Shown: positions 9,524 to 18,261 of the stretch, in pieces
How the letters are laid out: every line of letters begins with the position of its first letter
How positions within the stretch are numbered: the stretch's first letter is position 1
From: Fibrobacterales bacterium
GTDB taxonomy: Bacteria > Fibrobacterota > Fibrobacteria > Fibrobacterales > JAOPTW01
Assembly (NCBI GenBank): GCA_051532035.1
Contig: JAOPTW010000047.1
Span: 25,735-89,734 of the forward strand
Direction of reading: 5' to 3'
Length of the DNA: 64,000 nt
Translations under genes and position numbers: made by a program
Notes under the pieces: generated by a model
What the model saw: the letters and a program-made list of their open reading frames with translations, nothing else
Told to the model about the DNA's origin: nothing
Databases searched by the model: none

Positions 9524-10902
9524 TGCACTATTCTCTCTCTCTCATACTGTGCCTCTGCCCCCTTCTTTTTGGAGGCACCATTACGATTACTCCCCGTACC
9601 CCCGCTCTCGACTCCATTAAAAACTCATATACTACCCCCTACTCACCAGCACGAGACACCTTACTCGCTCACGAATACATCACCCATCTAAGTAACACCG
9701 GATACCCTTTCGCCACAGTACAGAGCTACCACAAAAACGATACAAGCTTTTTTGCAATCCAACTCAATGCACTCTATTTTTGGGGAGCTCTGATAAACCG
9801 AGACAGCAGTAGAAGTAGTGATTCGCTTATCAACCGGTTCGCCGACGTACCAGTGGGCACCCCTTATTCAGAAAAAGAGCTCACCGAAATTACGCAGGCA
9901 ATAGAAAGAAGTCCCTTCTTTACTTTACAACCCCAACAACCATCCGAAGAGATTGCACAACATTCCAATCGCAATATTCTATACCCAACTCCAGCAGTTC
10001 GTGATGCCCCCGTAAATCGATTGGAACTTCTTTTTGGATATAGCAACAATAATTCTCCCATAGCTGGCTCAATATATGGTGATTTTTTCAACATACTCGG
10101 CACCCTCCGCTCTTTACAACTTTATTATGCCGCCACAGGGGGGGCAACAGATATTTCGGTAGAGTATACGGAACCTTGGCTCTTTGATACCCCTCTTGCA
10201 TTAACCCTCAGTGGCTTACTTAGAGAAGAAGATGCACTCCATCAACGAGCACAATTTTCAATAGGAGTATCACTCCCCCTCTCTAGAAAAAATACTATTG
10301 GCCTCTCCTTTGGCGCACAGACTATCACTGATTCTCTCACAACAACAAACCGATACCTTACGTCACTCTCCCTCACCCATGATTCTCGCGATCGTTATCA
10401 GCTGCCTCGCTCAGGATTGTACTGGTCAACCCACAGTACTTTTTCAAAAGGGCCCCACCAAGACTCTCTCTCTGGAGACCAATTTACACTGGCAACCACA
10501 GTCAAAGTCTACTATGCCCTTACTCAAAAAATAGTGATTCAATCCTCACTTTACAGTGGTGTTCTCTTAAGTGCCGCCCCAATCCTCCCCATTGAGAGCT
10601 ATCAATTAGGAGGTCACCCTGGTTCACGTGGCTATCGAAATAGAGCATTTTATGCCCAAAGCTATTTAGGAACCCCACTTGAAATCCAGTTGCAATTAAG
10701 TCGATCAAATGCGCTCTATCTCTTTACCGACCCATTACTCTATAACACTATCGATTCCAAGAAATGGCATACAGCCATAGGATATGGGTTTGGCTTATCT
10801 CAAACAACCAAAGTAGCTACCCTAGGTCTTGCATTTGGCTCACACCCGCGCCTTCCTCTCGGAGAAACCTTTGTACACCTCAACCTCAGCCGTTATTTTT
10901 AG
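9523..10902 (+). CDS. Omp85 (BamA/TamA-family) outer-membrane protein
   Basis: GYPFA POTRA motif, NILGT.R, YTEPWLF, DSRD..PRSG, LGG..SRGY, terminal RYF; TAATG overlap with the upstream gene. Confidence 0.85.
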   Translation: MHYSLSLILCLCPLLFGGTITITPRTPALDSIKNSYTTPYSPARDTLLAHEYITHLSNTGYPFATVQSYHKNDTSFFAIQLNALYFWGALINRDSSRSSDSLINRFADVPVGTPYSEKELTEITQAIERSPFFTLQPQQPSEEIAQHSNRNILYPTPAVRDAPVNRLELLFGYSNNNSPIAGSIYGDFFNILGTLRSLQLYYAATGGATDISVEYTEPWLFDTPLALTLSGLLREEDALHQRAQFSIGVSLPLSRKNTIGLSFGAQTITDSLTTTNRYLTSLSLTHDSRDRYQLPRSGLYWSTHSTFSKGPHQDSLSGDQFTLATTVKVYYALTQKIVIQSSLYSGVLLSAAPILPIESYQLGGHPGSRGYRNRAFYAQSYLGTPLEIQLQLSRSNALYLFTDPLLYNTIDSKKWHTAIGYGFGLSQTTKVATLGLAFGSHPRLPLGETFVHLNLSRYF

Positions 10903-10958
10903 AGCCTTTTGGTTCAATAGTATGTATACTCTTTATATTGAATAGAGGACCCTAGAGC

Positions 10959-11159
10959 ATGGAAGATCGTTCACGACCACAATATTTGAACCCGGATGGG
11001 TCATTTACTCGAAAGCGCCCTGGGCTCCCTAAACGCTATGACAGCAAAGCCAGAGCACTTGCACAAAAAATGACTCAAGACCCCCCGCGTAAAATCGACC
11101 CTGAAGCTGCTCGCAAAATCGCAGAAGCGCTCAAAATGTTTCTCAAAAACGACCGCTAA
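10959..11159 (+). CDS. Small basic hypothetical protein
   Basis: 66 aa, SD GAGGA upstream, fills the intergenic space. Confidence 0.55.
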   Translation: MEDRSRPQYLNPDGSFTRKRPGLPKRYDSKARALAQKMTQDPPRKIDPEAARKIAEALKMFLKNDR

Positions 11160-11257
11160 TACCCATTTTCTTGAGTAATTTCATCACACTCCTATAACCC
11201 CTTTACGATCTCATTATTCAATCTATCTTTAATTTTAGTCACTACATGAGGTCTTAC

Positions 11258-11770
11258 ATGAAACTGTTTACAATACTCACTACCCTTCTTCTAACCTTGG
11301 GAACCCTCTTTGCTGAAGAGATGACTTTCCCCGAACGAGGCAGCGAAGGTACTATCATTATTACTTCGGACCCCAGAGGGTCTGTTGTCTACTTAGACGC
11401 CGAAGAACTTGGTAAAACACCTGTTGAGATGCCTTTTCGATCAGGTAGATTTGATCTAGTCATTATGGATCAAGAAATCGAACTGGTTAATACCCGATTT
11501 AGCGTATGGCCCGACTCAATAAATACCTACAATGCAACAACCAAAATACCAATAGGCAAAATTGAGCTCAAAACTAAGCCAGGAAAATGTAAAGTATGGC
11601 TTGATGGAGAGCGCGCAGGCTCAACACAGGGCGGTACCCTTACCATGCATAACCTCGACGCCGGCACTCACCTTGTACGCATTAAATGTGGCAGTAAATC
11701 GAAAGAAGAACTCATAGAAGTTACTGGTGAAGAGACCATTAAAGTGACTATGAATGTTTATAAAAAGTAA
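11258..11770 (+). CDS. PEGA-domain secreted protein
   Basis: Signal peptide; ITSDPRGSVVYLD..ELGKTP, and a second PEGA-like repeat. Confidence 0.85.
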   Translation: MKLFTILTTLLLTLGTLFAEEMTFPERGSEGTIIITSDPRGSVVYLDAEELGKTPVEMPFRSGRFDLVIMDQEIELVNTRFSVWPDSINTYNATTKIPIGKIELKTKPGKCKVWLDGERAGSTQGGTLTMHNLDAGTHLVRIKCGSKSKEELIEVTGEETIKVTMNVYKK

Positions 11771-11803
11771 GATATAAGATTATTACAATAAAAGTATAGA
11801 TAC

Positions 11804-11840
11804 AAAAAAAGCGGGAGTTCAATGAACTTCCGCTTTTTTT
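11804..11840. terminator. Bidirectional terminator between the PEGA gene and tRNA-Cys
   Basis: aaaaaaagcgggagttc-aat-gaacttccgcttttttt. Confidence 0.85.
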
Positions 11841-11847
11841 ATTCGAG

Positions 11848-11920
11848 AGGCGACACCCAGACTCGAACTGGGGGATAAGGCTTTTGCAGAGCCTTGCCTT
11901 ACCAACTTGGCTATATCGCC
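11848..11920 (-). tRNA. tRNA-Cys (GCA); CCA end not encoded
   Basis: Reverse complement GGCGATATAGCCAAGTTGGTAAGGCAAGGCTCTGCAAAAGCCTTATCCCCCAGTTCGAGTCTGGGTGTCGCCT folds as a cloverleaf with anticodon loop CTGCAAA and T-loop TTCGAG. Confidence 0.95.
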
Positions 11921-12032
11921 ATTTCGGGTGAAAAGATACATTTTCAAAAAAGTTTATCAACTGATTTCATATATTAAATGAGTTGAACCTCTTTCGAAGC
12001 ACTATTTTTTTCTCAAACACCCTAGTTTTCAA

Positions 12033-12659
12033 CTATTGAGCATCGAATGCTACTACGAGGAGCACTTGAATGACCCCAATGAAAAACCCAATAATTCCCC
12101 CCAACCTCTCAATGAAGACAAATTCTTTTTGAGCAATCTCATTAATGATTGATTCTAACTTTTCTAAAGGGAAATCCTCAATATTCTTTTTGATTATTCC
12201 TGCAAGGTCAACTTTGCCCGAAATGATATCAGCAAAGTCCTCATTCAGTGAGTCGTGATCATTAGAGAACGCATCAATAATTTTATCACGAATCATATCG
12301 AGCTTGTCTTCGGGTACAAACATTTTAATCATAGGTACCACATCGAGTATTTCACCGATTTTCTCTTCCCACTTCTTCTCAATCATGTGCCGTATAACAG
12401 GCTTGATATCAATTTTCGCAATAGTCGCCTTTAAATCGTCACTCGTAAGAAAATCTTTTGCGACTGCCTGAGAGATCTTCTCGGCCAGATCATGATGTCG
12501 CCGAGGTATAACCCCTTGAATCCGCATTCCAAGTAGTTTAATAGGATGTACCGGCCGCGTGAGCATTTTAACTGCCAAATAATTGGTAAACCAGCCGATG
12601 CTTGCCGATATAACTGGTAAAGCCCATAGTACCGGTGAAAACTGCTGAAAAAACTCCAT
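12033..12659 (-). CDS. DUF445 family membrane protein
   Basis: IGWFTNYLAVKML.RP, QGVIPRR, IERLGGIIGFFIG. Confidence 0.9.
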   Translation of the reverse strand: MEFFQQFSPVLWALPVISASIGWFTNYLAVKMLTRPVHPIKLLGMRIQGVIPRRHHDLAEKISQAVAKDFLTSDDLKATIAKIDIKPVIRHMIEKKWEEKIGEILDVVPMIKMFVPEDKLDMIRDKIIDAFSNDHDSLNEDFADIISGKVDLAGIIKKNIEDFPLEKLESIINEIAQKEFVFIERLGGIIGFFIGVIQVLLVVAFDAQ

Positions 12660-12752
12660 TATTCTGATCCTTTGCTTTGTATAACCCCATATCTCATAAG
12701 GATATATTGTATCTTTTCTGAAAGAATGTACAAGTTTATGGAAAAACTATCA

Positions 12753-13463
12753 ATGAAATTAGTCGGGTTACTCATTCTGTTTACCCTTTCAGTGGCCGGA
12801 GCCAATGAACTTCTCGCTCCGGGGACCAACGCTCCACCATTCTACATTCAAACCCTCACAGGTGCTCGTTCAGGCCTAAAACACTACATTCAGCCTAAAA
12901 ACAGTACCCCAAAGCCCCTGACCCTTATCAGCTTTTGGTCACTCTCTTGCATTCCTTGTCGTAAAGAGATGCCGCTTCTCGAAGATTTTCAACAAAAACA
13001 CCCCGATCAGGTAACCGTACTTTTTGTAAATGTCGACACCAAAAGTCGTTCTGCAGAGGTACAAAAATTTGTGACGCAATATCAAATTACCTCCCCTGTA
13101 TTTTTGGATATTTATCAGACCACAGGCAAAAACTATACGGTATGCATAGGGGGCGCCTGTAATGTTCCTGCCCTTTTTGGAATCTCACAAACGGGAACCA
13201 TTCTCTTTTCTCAGTCAGGATATGATGAATCTCATGACCTTATAAGCTTTTTAACTCAAGCACTTACCCATGCAAGCACCCCTGAGAAAGCCATAGTCTC
13301 GCCGGCTTCTCTATCACACGATACGTTTAGCATCTTGCACGACATTCTTACCCATGCTTCGGTTGACTCTCTGGCACAGAAATACCACACCACTCCGGCT
13401 GCGATCGACACCGTCATCAATAAAGCTGTTGAGTATTTTAAAACGAGATACCCAGCCAAGTAG
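12753..13463 (+). CDS. TlpA/ResA-family exported thiol-disulfide oxidoreductase with a C-terminal helical extension
   Basis: Signal peptide; APPF, FWSLSCIPCRKEMP.L thioredoxin-fold motif. Confidence 0.85.
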   Translation: MKLVGLLILFTLSVAGANELLAPGTNAPPFYIQTLTGARSGLKHYIQPKNSTPKPLTLISFWSLSCIPCRKEMPLLEDFQQKHPDQVTVLFVNVDTKSRSAEVQKFVTQYQITSPVFLDIYQTTGKNYTVCIGGACNVPALFGISQTGTILFSQSGYDESHDLISFLTQALTHASTPEKAIVSPASLSHDTFSILHDILTHASVDSLAQKYHTTPAAIDTVINKAVEYFKTRYPAK

Positions 13464-13471
13464 ATGTCCCT

Positions 13472-14008
13472 ATGCACAAGATCGCAGAAGTACTCTGTAC
13501 TACACTATTAAAAGGGTACCTCCTAACCCTCCGGGTATCAGTACCACGAATATCTCCTGCCATTATCGCACTCTGGCATCAAGATCTTCCCGCATCGATC
13601 GCTGCTTTTAAGCACCAATCGATCTCCGTACAAATATCAGCCTCACCTGATGGGAGTATCGCACATCGACTCTGCCAATCATTAGGATATACAACATATA
13701 AAGGTTCAAGCTCATCTCTTCAAGGGAGTATCCGCTCTCTCCTTAAAAAATTACATGACGGTGGTTCTATCGGCATCGCCCTCGATGGTCCCCGTGGCCC
13801 AGCCGGCATCTGTAATAGCGGCGCCCCCTGGCTGCATACACAGAGTGGTACCCCTCTCTATCTCGTAACCATTTCGTATCAAAAATCACTCCGTATTCGT
13901 AGTTGGGACAGAATGCATTTCCCCCTCCCTTTCAGTAAAGTGGTCGTTACTCTCAATTCGGTTTCTCCCGTAACCCACTCAATAATTCAAAAACAATTTA
14001 AAGGGTAA
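13472..14008 (+). CDS. DUF374 / lysophospholipid acyltransferase-like protein
   Basis: ALWH, ISASPDG, KGSSS, ALDGPRGP, SWDRMHFPLPFSK. Confidence 0.85.
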   Translation: MHKIAEVLCTTLLKGYLLTLRVSVPRISPAIIALWHQDLPASIAAFKHQSISVQISASPDGSIAHRLCQSLGYTTYKGSSSSLQGSIRSLLKKLHDGGSIGIALDGPRGPAGICNSGAPWLHTQSGTPLYLVTISYQKSLRIRSWDRMHFPLPFSKVVVTLNSVSPVTHSIIQKQFKG

Positions 14009-14124
14009 TCACCTCTTTTTGAGCACTATTATACATCTATAATAACTCCCCTTAAGAGCAGTTCTTACTCCATCCTTTTACACTTTTTTCTACCTTTATC
14101 CATTCACTTATCCCAGGAGCCCTC

Positions 14125-14760
14125 ATGATACCTTTTGCAACCTTTGTCGCCTTTGACCTTGAAACTACTGGACTTGATGCCGCACGCAATAAAATCATTG
14201 AAGTAGCAGGGGTAAAGTTTACTCTCGAAGTTAAAAAAGACACCATCATTGCAAAAACTATCGGCACCTACGAATCACTCGTTAAACCAACCATGCACAT
14301 TCCTGAAGAGGCGACCCAGATCAATGGCATCAGTAATGAAGACGTAGAAGATGCACCGGGCATAACAGGAGTACTCGCAGACTTTACTAAATTTTGTGGT
14401 ATCAGCACTATACTTGTCGCACACAATGCTTCATTTGATGCTCGATTTCTCCAATCAGAATTAGCAGAGAACAACCTGCCCCTCATAAAAAACCCTATCG
14501 TCGACAGCTTGGCAATTTCTAAAAAGATAATGCCAGAGTCCCCTTCGCACAAACTGGGTAATCTTGCAAAACGCCTCAGAAGACAGATGAATATCACCCT
14601 CGACTCTGAAAATCTACACCGAGCTCTTTATGACTGTGAAATTCTTAGGGAAGTTTTTGTAGCAATTCTCAGAAAACGTTTTAAACAGACCGACCTTCAG
14701 ATGGACACCTTTTTTCAATCAATGGAAAAAATTGGAGTATCCGTTAACTACCTTAAATGA
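14125..14760 (+). CDS. DEDDh 3'-5' exonuclease (DnaQ / Pol III epsilon-like)
   Basis: FDLETTG, VAHNASFD, HRALYD. Confidence 0.9.
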   Translation: MIPFATFVAFDLETTGLDAARNKIIEVAGVKFTLEVKKDTIIAKTIGTYESLVKPTMHIPEEATQINGISNEDVEDAPGITGVLADFTKFCGISTILVAHNASFDARFLQSELAENNLPLIKNPIVDSLAISKKIMPESPSHKLGNLAKRLRRQMNITLDSENLHRALYDCEILREVFVAILRKRFKQTDLQMDTFFQSMEKIGVSVNYLK

Positions 14761-14776
14761 TAGATATCACCCCATA

Positions 14777-16315
14777 CTAAAAGAGTACATTGGGTCGAAA
14801 CACAAAGGTCCAACCAGTCCCTTCGACCTCTTGTTTCAGACTCCCTTCATAACCGGCTGTTCGAATTTGTAACGCCCCTAGTGAAAGAGAGAGAACATAA
14901 TCCCCATCAAAGATGGGGATCTTTTTACCAAAAACAAGGGTAAACTGTGTTGCTCTCAAAAAATCATCCATCAGAACATCAAGGCGCACCTCTTGATCTG
15001 AATTTTTGAGTGAGAAAAAATCACTATTATCTTTATCAGTTCTATCACGTTTTAATGAGACAAACAAAGTATTGTTTATTTCATCGTGAGAGTGAACCTT
15101 ACCACCTACTCTAAAACTAAATGAAATTTGTTTCATCTCACTCAAATCAGCACCCTTCATTTTTGCTTCGAGCTCAAGCCAATCATCTCTCACATATTTA
15201 CTATTGACAATATGCAGTGGTCCATAATTTATCAGTCCTCCACCAAAACCCTGACCAGTGATAGCACCAGTTTTTCTCACACCACTAAACACCCGGTTCC
15301 CCAAGAAGAGCGAGAGGGCACCTGCATCCGGAAACCCAGCTGTAACCGATGTGATCAGTGGTCCATACCAAGAATTATCATATCCATCTTTGTCAGTATG
15401 CTTCTTCTTGACATAGACACCTATATTCGGAAATGGATTCACACTTAATTGTAGGGTCACAAATTTGGGAAAAATAAAGTTCTTGCCCAGATAGCCATAG
15501 ACACCCTCTTCTTCACCAGCTTCTAACACTGTTGGTGCAGTAAAGAGTTTTCCAAAACCCAGAAAAGTAAAGTATGGGTTGAGTTCATAATCAAATGTAA
15601 AGGTTCTTGCAGAATCAAGAGGCATACTACCGACCGGTTTAAACCCCTGAGCCTTTTGAAGGGTCTCCTCTATTTTGACAATATCCGTTTCGGAATACCC
15701 TTGAAAAAGTAATGCCTCACGGACCGAAGCAGGAATAGAGTCATTCTCTCCTAAGGAAGGCTGTACTTTGAGCATCTGTAACTGCTTTTCATACTGCATA
15801 ATATCAGAATCTTGATACCCCTGAGAGCGCAGTAACTCTTTATCACTCTCTTTAAGAGTACCATCTGGGCCCAACTGAGGAGGCTCACTATATTGGGGCT
15901 GAACCTGTTGCCCTTGCAACATCTCTTCATACTGTGCAATTTGTGCCGGGGTCACCCCTTGCAATGTGAGCATCTCACGACTCTGCTCAGAAAAAGTCCC
16001 ATCTTCTTCGAGGGGAGGAATAATCAACTCGTCATCATCATCGTCGTCATCATCGTCGTCATCGTCCTCATCATCTTCACCTGAATCAGTTTGATCACTC
16101 TCTTCATCTTCCGAAGAGGCCTCATTCATTGCAACGAGTAAATTCTGTCCATCGACTGCAATTTGCTCCTGAGAGAAACCCGCTGACTCAAGCATAAACA
16201 ATTCTGCAGCAGAAAGGAGTGATGCGCCATTATCAACAACGCTCTCTTGTGCAGAAAGTTTCGTCATGAGTAAAACTAAGATGAAAAAGTGTAAACGAAG
16301 AGAAGATAGTACCAT
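14777..16315 (-). CDS. Exported protein with a poly-Asp tract, helical repeats and a C-terminal beta-barrel-like domain
   Basis: Signal peptide, poly-D run, four L..QG....I..YE..LQ-type repeats, terminal FRPNVLF. Confidence 0.7.
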   Translation of the reverse strand: MVLSSLRLHFFILVLLMTKLSAQESVVDNGASLLSAAELFMLESAGFSQEQIAVDGQNLLVAMNEASSEDEESDQTDSGEDDEDDDDDDDDDDDDELIIPPLEEDGTFSEQSREMLTLQGVTPAQIAQYEEMLQGQQVQPQYSEPPQLGPDGTLKESDKELLRSQGYQDSDIMQYEKQLQMLKVQPSLGENDSIPASVREALLFQGYSETDIVKIEETLQKAQGFKPVGSMPLDSARTFTFDYELNPYFTFLGFGKLFTAPTVLEAGEEEGVYGYLGKNFIFPKFVTLQLSVNPFPNIGVYVKKKHTDKDGYDNSWYGPLITSVTAGFPDAGALSLFLGNRVFSGVRKTGAITGQGFGGGLINYGPLHIVNSKYVRDDWLELEAKMKGADLSEMKQISFSFRVGGKVHSHDEINNTLFVSLKRDRTDKDNSDFFSLKNSDQEVRLDVLMDDFLRATQFTLVFGKKIPIFDGDYVLSLSLGALQIRTAGYEGSLKQEVEGTGWTFVFRPNVLF

Positions 16316-16362
16316 ACAAGACTCAAAAGACAGTGTTTTGAATATGATACCATTAAAACGAG

Positions 16363-16395
16363 AAAAAGGTATGAGAAGTTTATCTCATACCTTTT
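16363..16395 (-). terminator. Terminator downstream of rpmB
   Basis: aaaaaggtatgaga / tctcatacctttt inverted repeat. Confidence 0.75.
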
Positions 16396-16422
16396 AAGAA
16401 TTCATTAACAACAATGTATTAA

Positions 16423-16644
16423 CTATACACCAATTTCTTTTGCTACTGCAGCAATACCTTTTTTATTGATAGTTCTAATTCCTGCAGCACTTACTTTAAG
16501 AGTCACCCATCTGTCTTCTTCTGGGATATAAAACTTCTTTCTGTGCAAATTAGGCTGTTGCTTCATCAGCTGTTTGCGCTGAGAGTGAGAAACCATGTTC
16601 CCAACTAATCCAGTTTTGCCTGTAACGTCGCATTTGCGGCTCAT
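16423..16644 (-). CDS. rpmB: 50S ribosomal protein L28
   Basis: MSRKCDVTGK..GN.VSHS..PNLH.K.F..PEEDRWVTLKVSA.GIRTI.K.GI; SD AGGAG. Confidence 0.96.
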   Translation of the reverse strand: MSRKCDVTGKTGLVGNMVSHSQRKQLMKQQPNLHRKKFYIPEEDRWVTLKVSAAGIRTINKKGIAAVAKEIGV

Positions 16645-16794
16645 AATAATCTCCTTGACTTTGCAGGACAATGATAATAACAAATCAAAGGTTTGCCAAT
16701 GGTTTCAAAGGTAAAACAATTGTTATTTTTACTAAAAATTATATTATTACAAAAAATCAGGCTCAAAGTGGGCCAAATGAAAGGGATTTCTCCA

Positions 16795-18135
16795 ATGTCT
16801 ATGTTAATGCGTTCTATTTCTGGTATCCGTGGTGTCGTTGGCGACACCCTCAATCCTCAAGTTATGACCAAATACACCAATGCTTTTATTCAAGTAACCA
16901 AGGCAAAAAAAATTGTTATTGGTCGTGATAGCCGCCCTACTGGCGAACACTATGAACGCATCGTTGCCTCCGCCTGTGAAGCAATGGGTGTTGATGTGAT
17001 CATGCTCGGTATCTCGTCGACACCTACCGTTGAGATGGCAGTTGTAAAAGAAGGCGCCGATGGAGGCATCGTTATAACTGCAAGCCACAATCCCGTTGAG
17101 TGGAACGCCCTAAAACTTCTAAAACATGATGGTACTTTTCTAGTTCAAGAAGAAATTGAGCAACTTTTTGACATAGTCGACAATGGTGAATCTGTCTGGA
17201 CCGATTATACACGCCTTGGTACGTCGTCCCATTCAACAGATACTGATGCCTATCATATTCAAAAAACACTCGAGCTCCCTTTTATAGACCTTGAGCTCAT
17301 TAAGTCCAAAAAATTTAAAGTAGCCTTTGATGGGGTAAATGCTGCCGGTTCATACATCATTCCTGCCCTCCTCAAAGAGCTTGGCTGTGAAACCTACTCT
17401 ATATATACCGAACCCGACGGCACCTTCCCTCGTGGCCCAGAACCTACCCCCGAGAACTTAACTGACCTTGAAGTACTGGTTAAAGCCAATGGCTGTGCAG
17501 TTGGATTCGCCACAGATCCAGATGCAGACCGCTGTGCGCTTGTTAGCGAAAAAGGACGTGCCGTGGGTGAAGAGTACACCCTTGCTATAGCCACCGACCT
17601 TGTGTGTACGCACAAAAAGGGCCCTGTAACGGTAAACCTCTCTACAAGCCGAATGAATAATGATATTGCAGCCAAGCATGGTCGCGAACTGATTCGCTCT
17701 AAAGTGGGTGAAATCAATGTCAGCACCGCAATGAAAGCCAATGGAAGTGCTATTGGTGGTGAAGGCAATGGTGGCGTTATCTTACCTGACCTTCATTATG
17801 GACGTGATGCCATTGTTTCTGTCGCCCTTGTTCTACAGTGGATGGCAGAGAACGACAAAACAATTGAAGATTTTGTTGCATCTACTCCCGCCTATGTAAT
17901 GGCAAAACATAAAATAGCACGCCCCGAAGGTTCAATTCAAGAGATCTATGACTCACTCGCAGAGACTTTTAAAGATCAAAATCTTGATACACAAGATGGC
18001 GTTTGGATTGACCATGGTAATGCATGGGTGCATGTACGCGCCTCAAATACAGAGCCTATTCTCAGGCTGATGAGTGAAGCCCCTACGGCAGAACAAGCTG
18101 AAGCACTCTGTAAACAGATAGAAGAGGCAATGTAG
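16795..18135 (+). CDS. Alpha-D-phosphohexomutase (phosphoglucosamine mutase / PMM-PGM family)
   Basis: SISGIRG, TASHNP, DPDADR, GGEGNGG, RASNTEP. Confidence 0.92.
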   Translation: MSMLMRSISGIRGVVGDTLNPQVMTKYTNAFIQVTKAKKIVIGRDSRPTGEHYERIVASACEAMGVDVIMLGISSTPTVEMAVVKEGADGGIVITASHNPVEWNALKLLKHDGTFLVQEEIEQLFDIVDNGESVWTDYTRLGTSSHSTDTDAYHIQKTLELPFIDLELIKSKKFKVAFDGVNAAGSYIIPALLKELGCETYSIYTEPDGTFPRGPEPTPENLTDLEVLVKANGCAVGFATDPDADRCALVSEKGRAVGEEYTLAIATDLVCTHKKGPVTVNLSTSRMNNDIAAKHGRELIRSKVGEINVSTAMKANGSAIGGEGNGGVILPDLHYGRDAIVSVALVLQWMAENDKTIEDFVASTPAYVMAKHKIARPEGSIQEIYDSLAETFKDQNLDTQDGVWIDHGNAWVHVRASNTEPILRLMSEAPTAEQAEALCKQIEEAM

Positions 18136-18156
18136 TTTCAACACCCAACTTTACAT

Positions 18157-18192
18157 AAAAAAGGCCTTAAAACAACTTTTAAGGCCTTTTTT
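18157..18192. terminator. Bidirectional terminator
   Basis: aaaaaaggccttaaaa-caac-ttttaaggcctttttt between convergent genes. Confidence 0.85.
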
Positions 18193-18261
18193 AGTATCAA
18201 TATGAATGTCCAACCCATTTAAATGATCGTCATATCCTAGCAAATCAACATATATCCTCTA

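Noticed and set aside
11848..11920. tRNA-Cys as an integration site
   Set aside because: No duplicated tRNA 3' end or integrase seen nearby
16029..16078. (TCA/TCG)n tract as a phase-variable microsatellite
   Set aside because: Mixed-codon trinucleotide run encoding poly-Asp; slippage would not shift the frame
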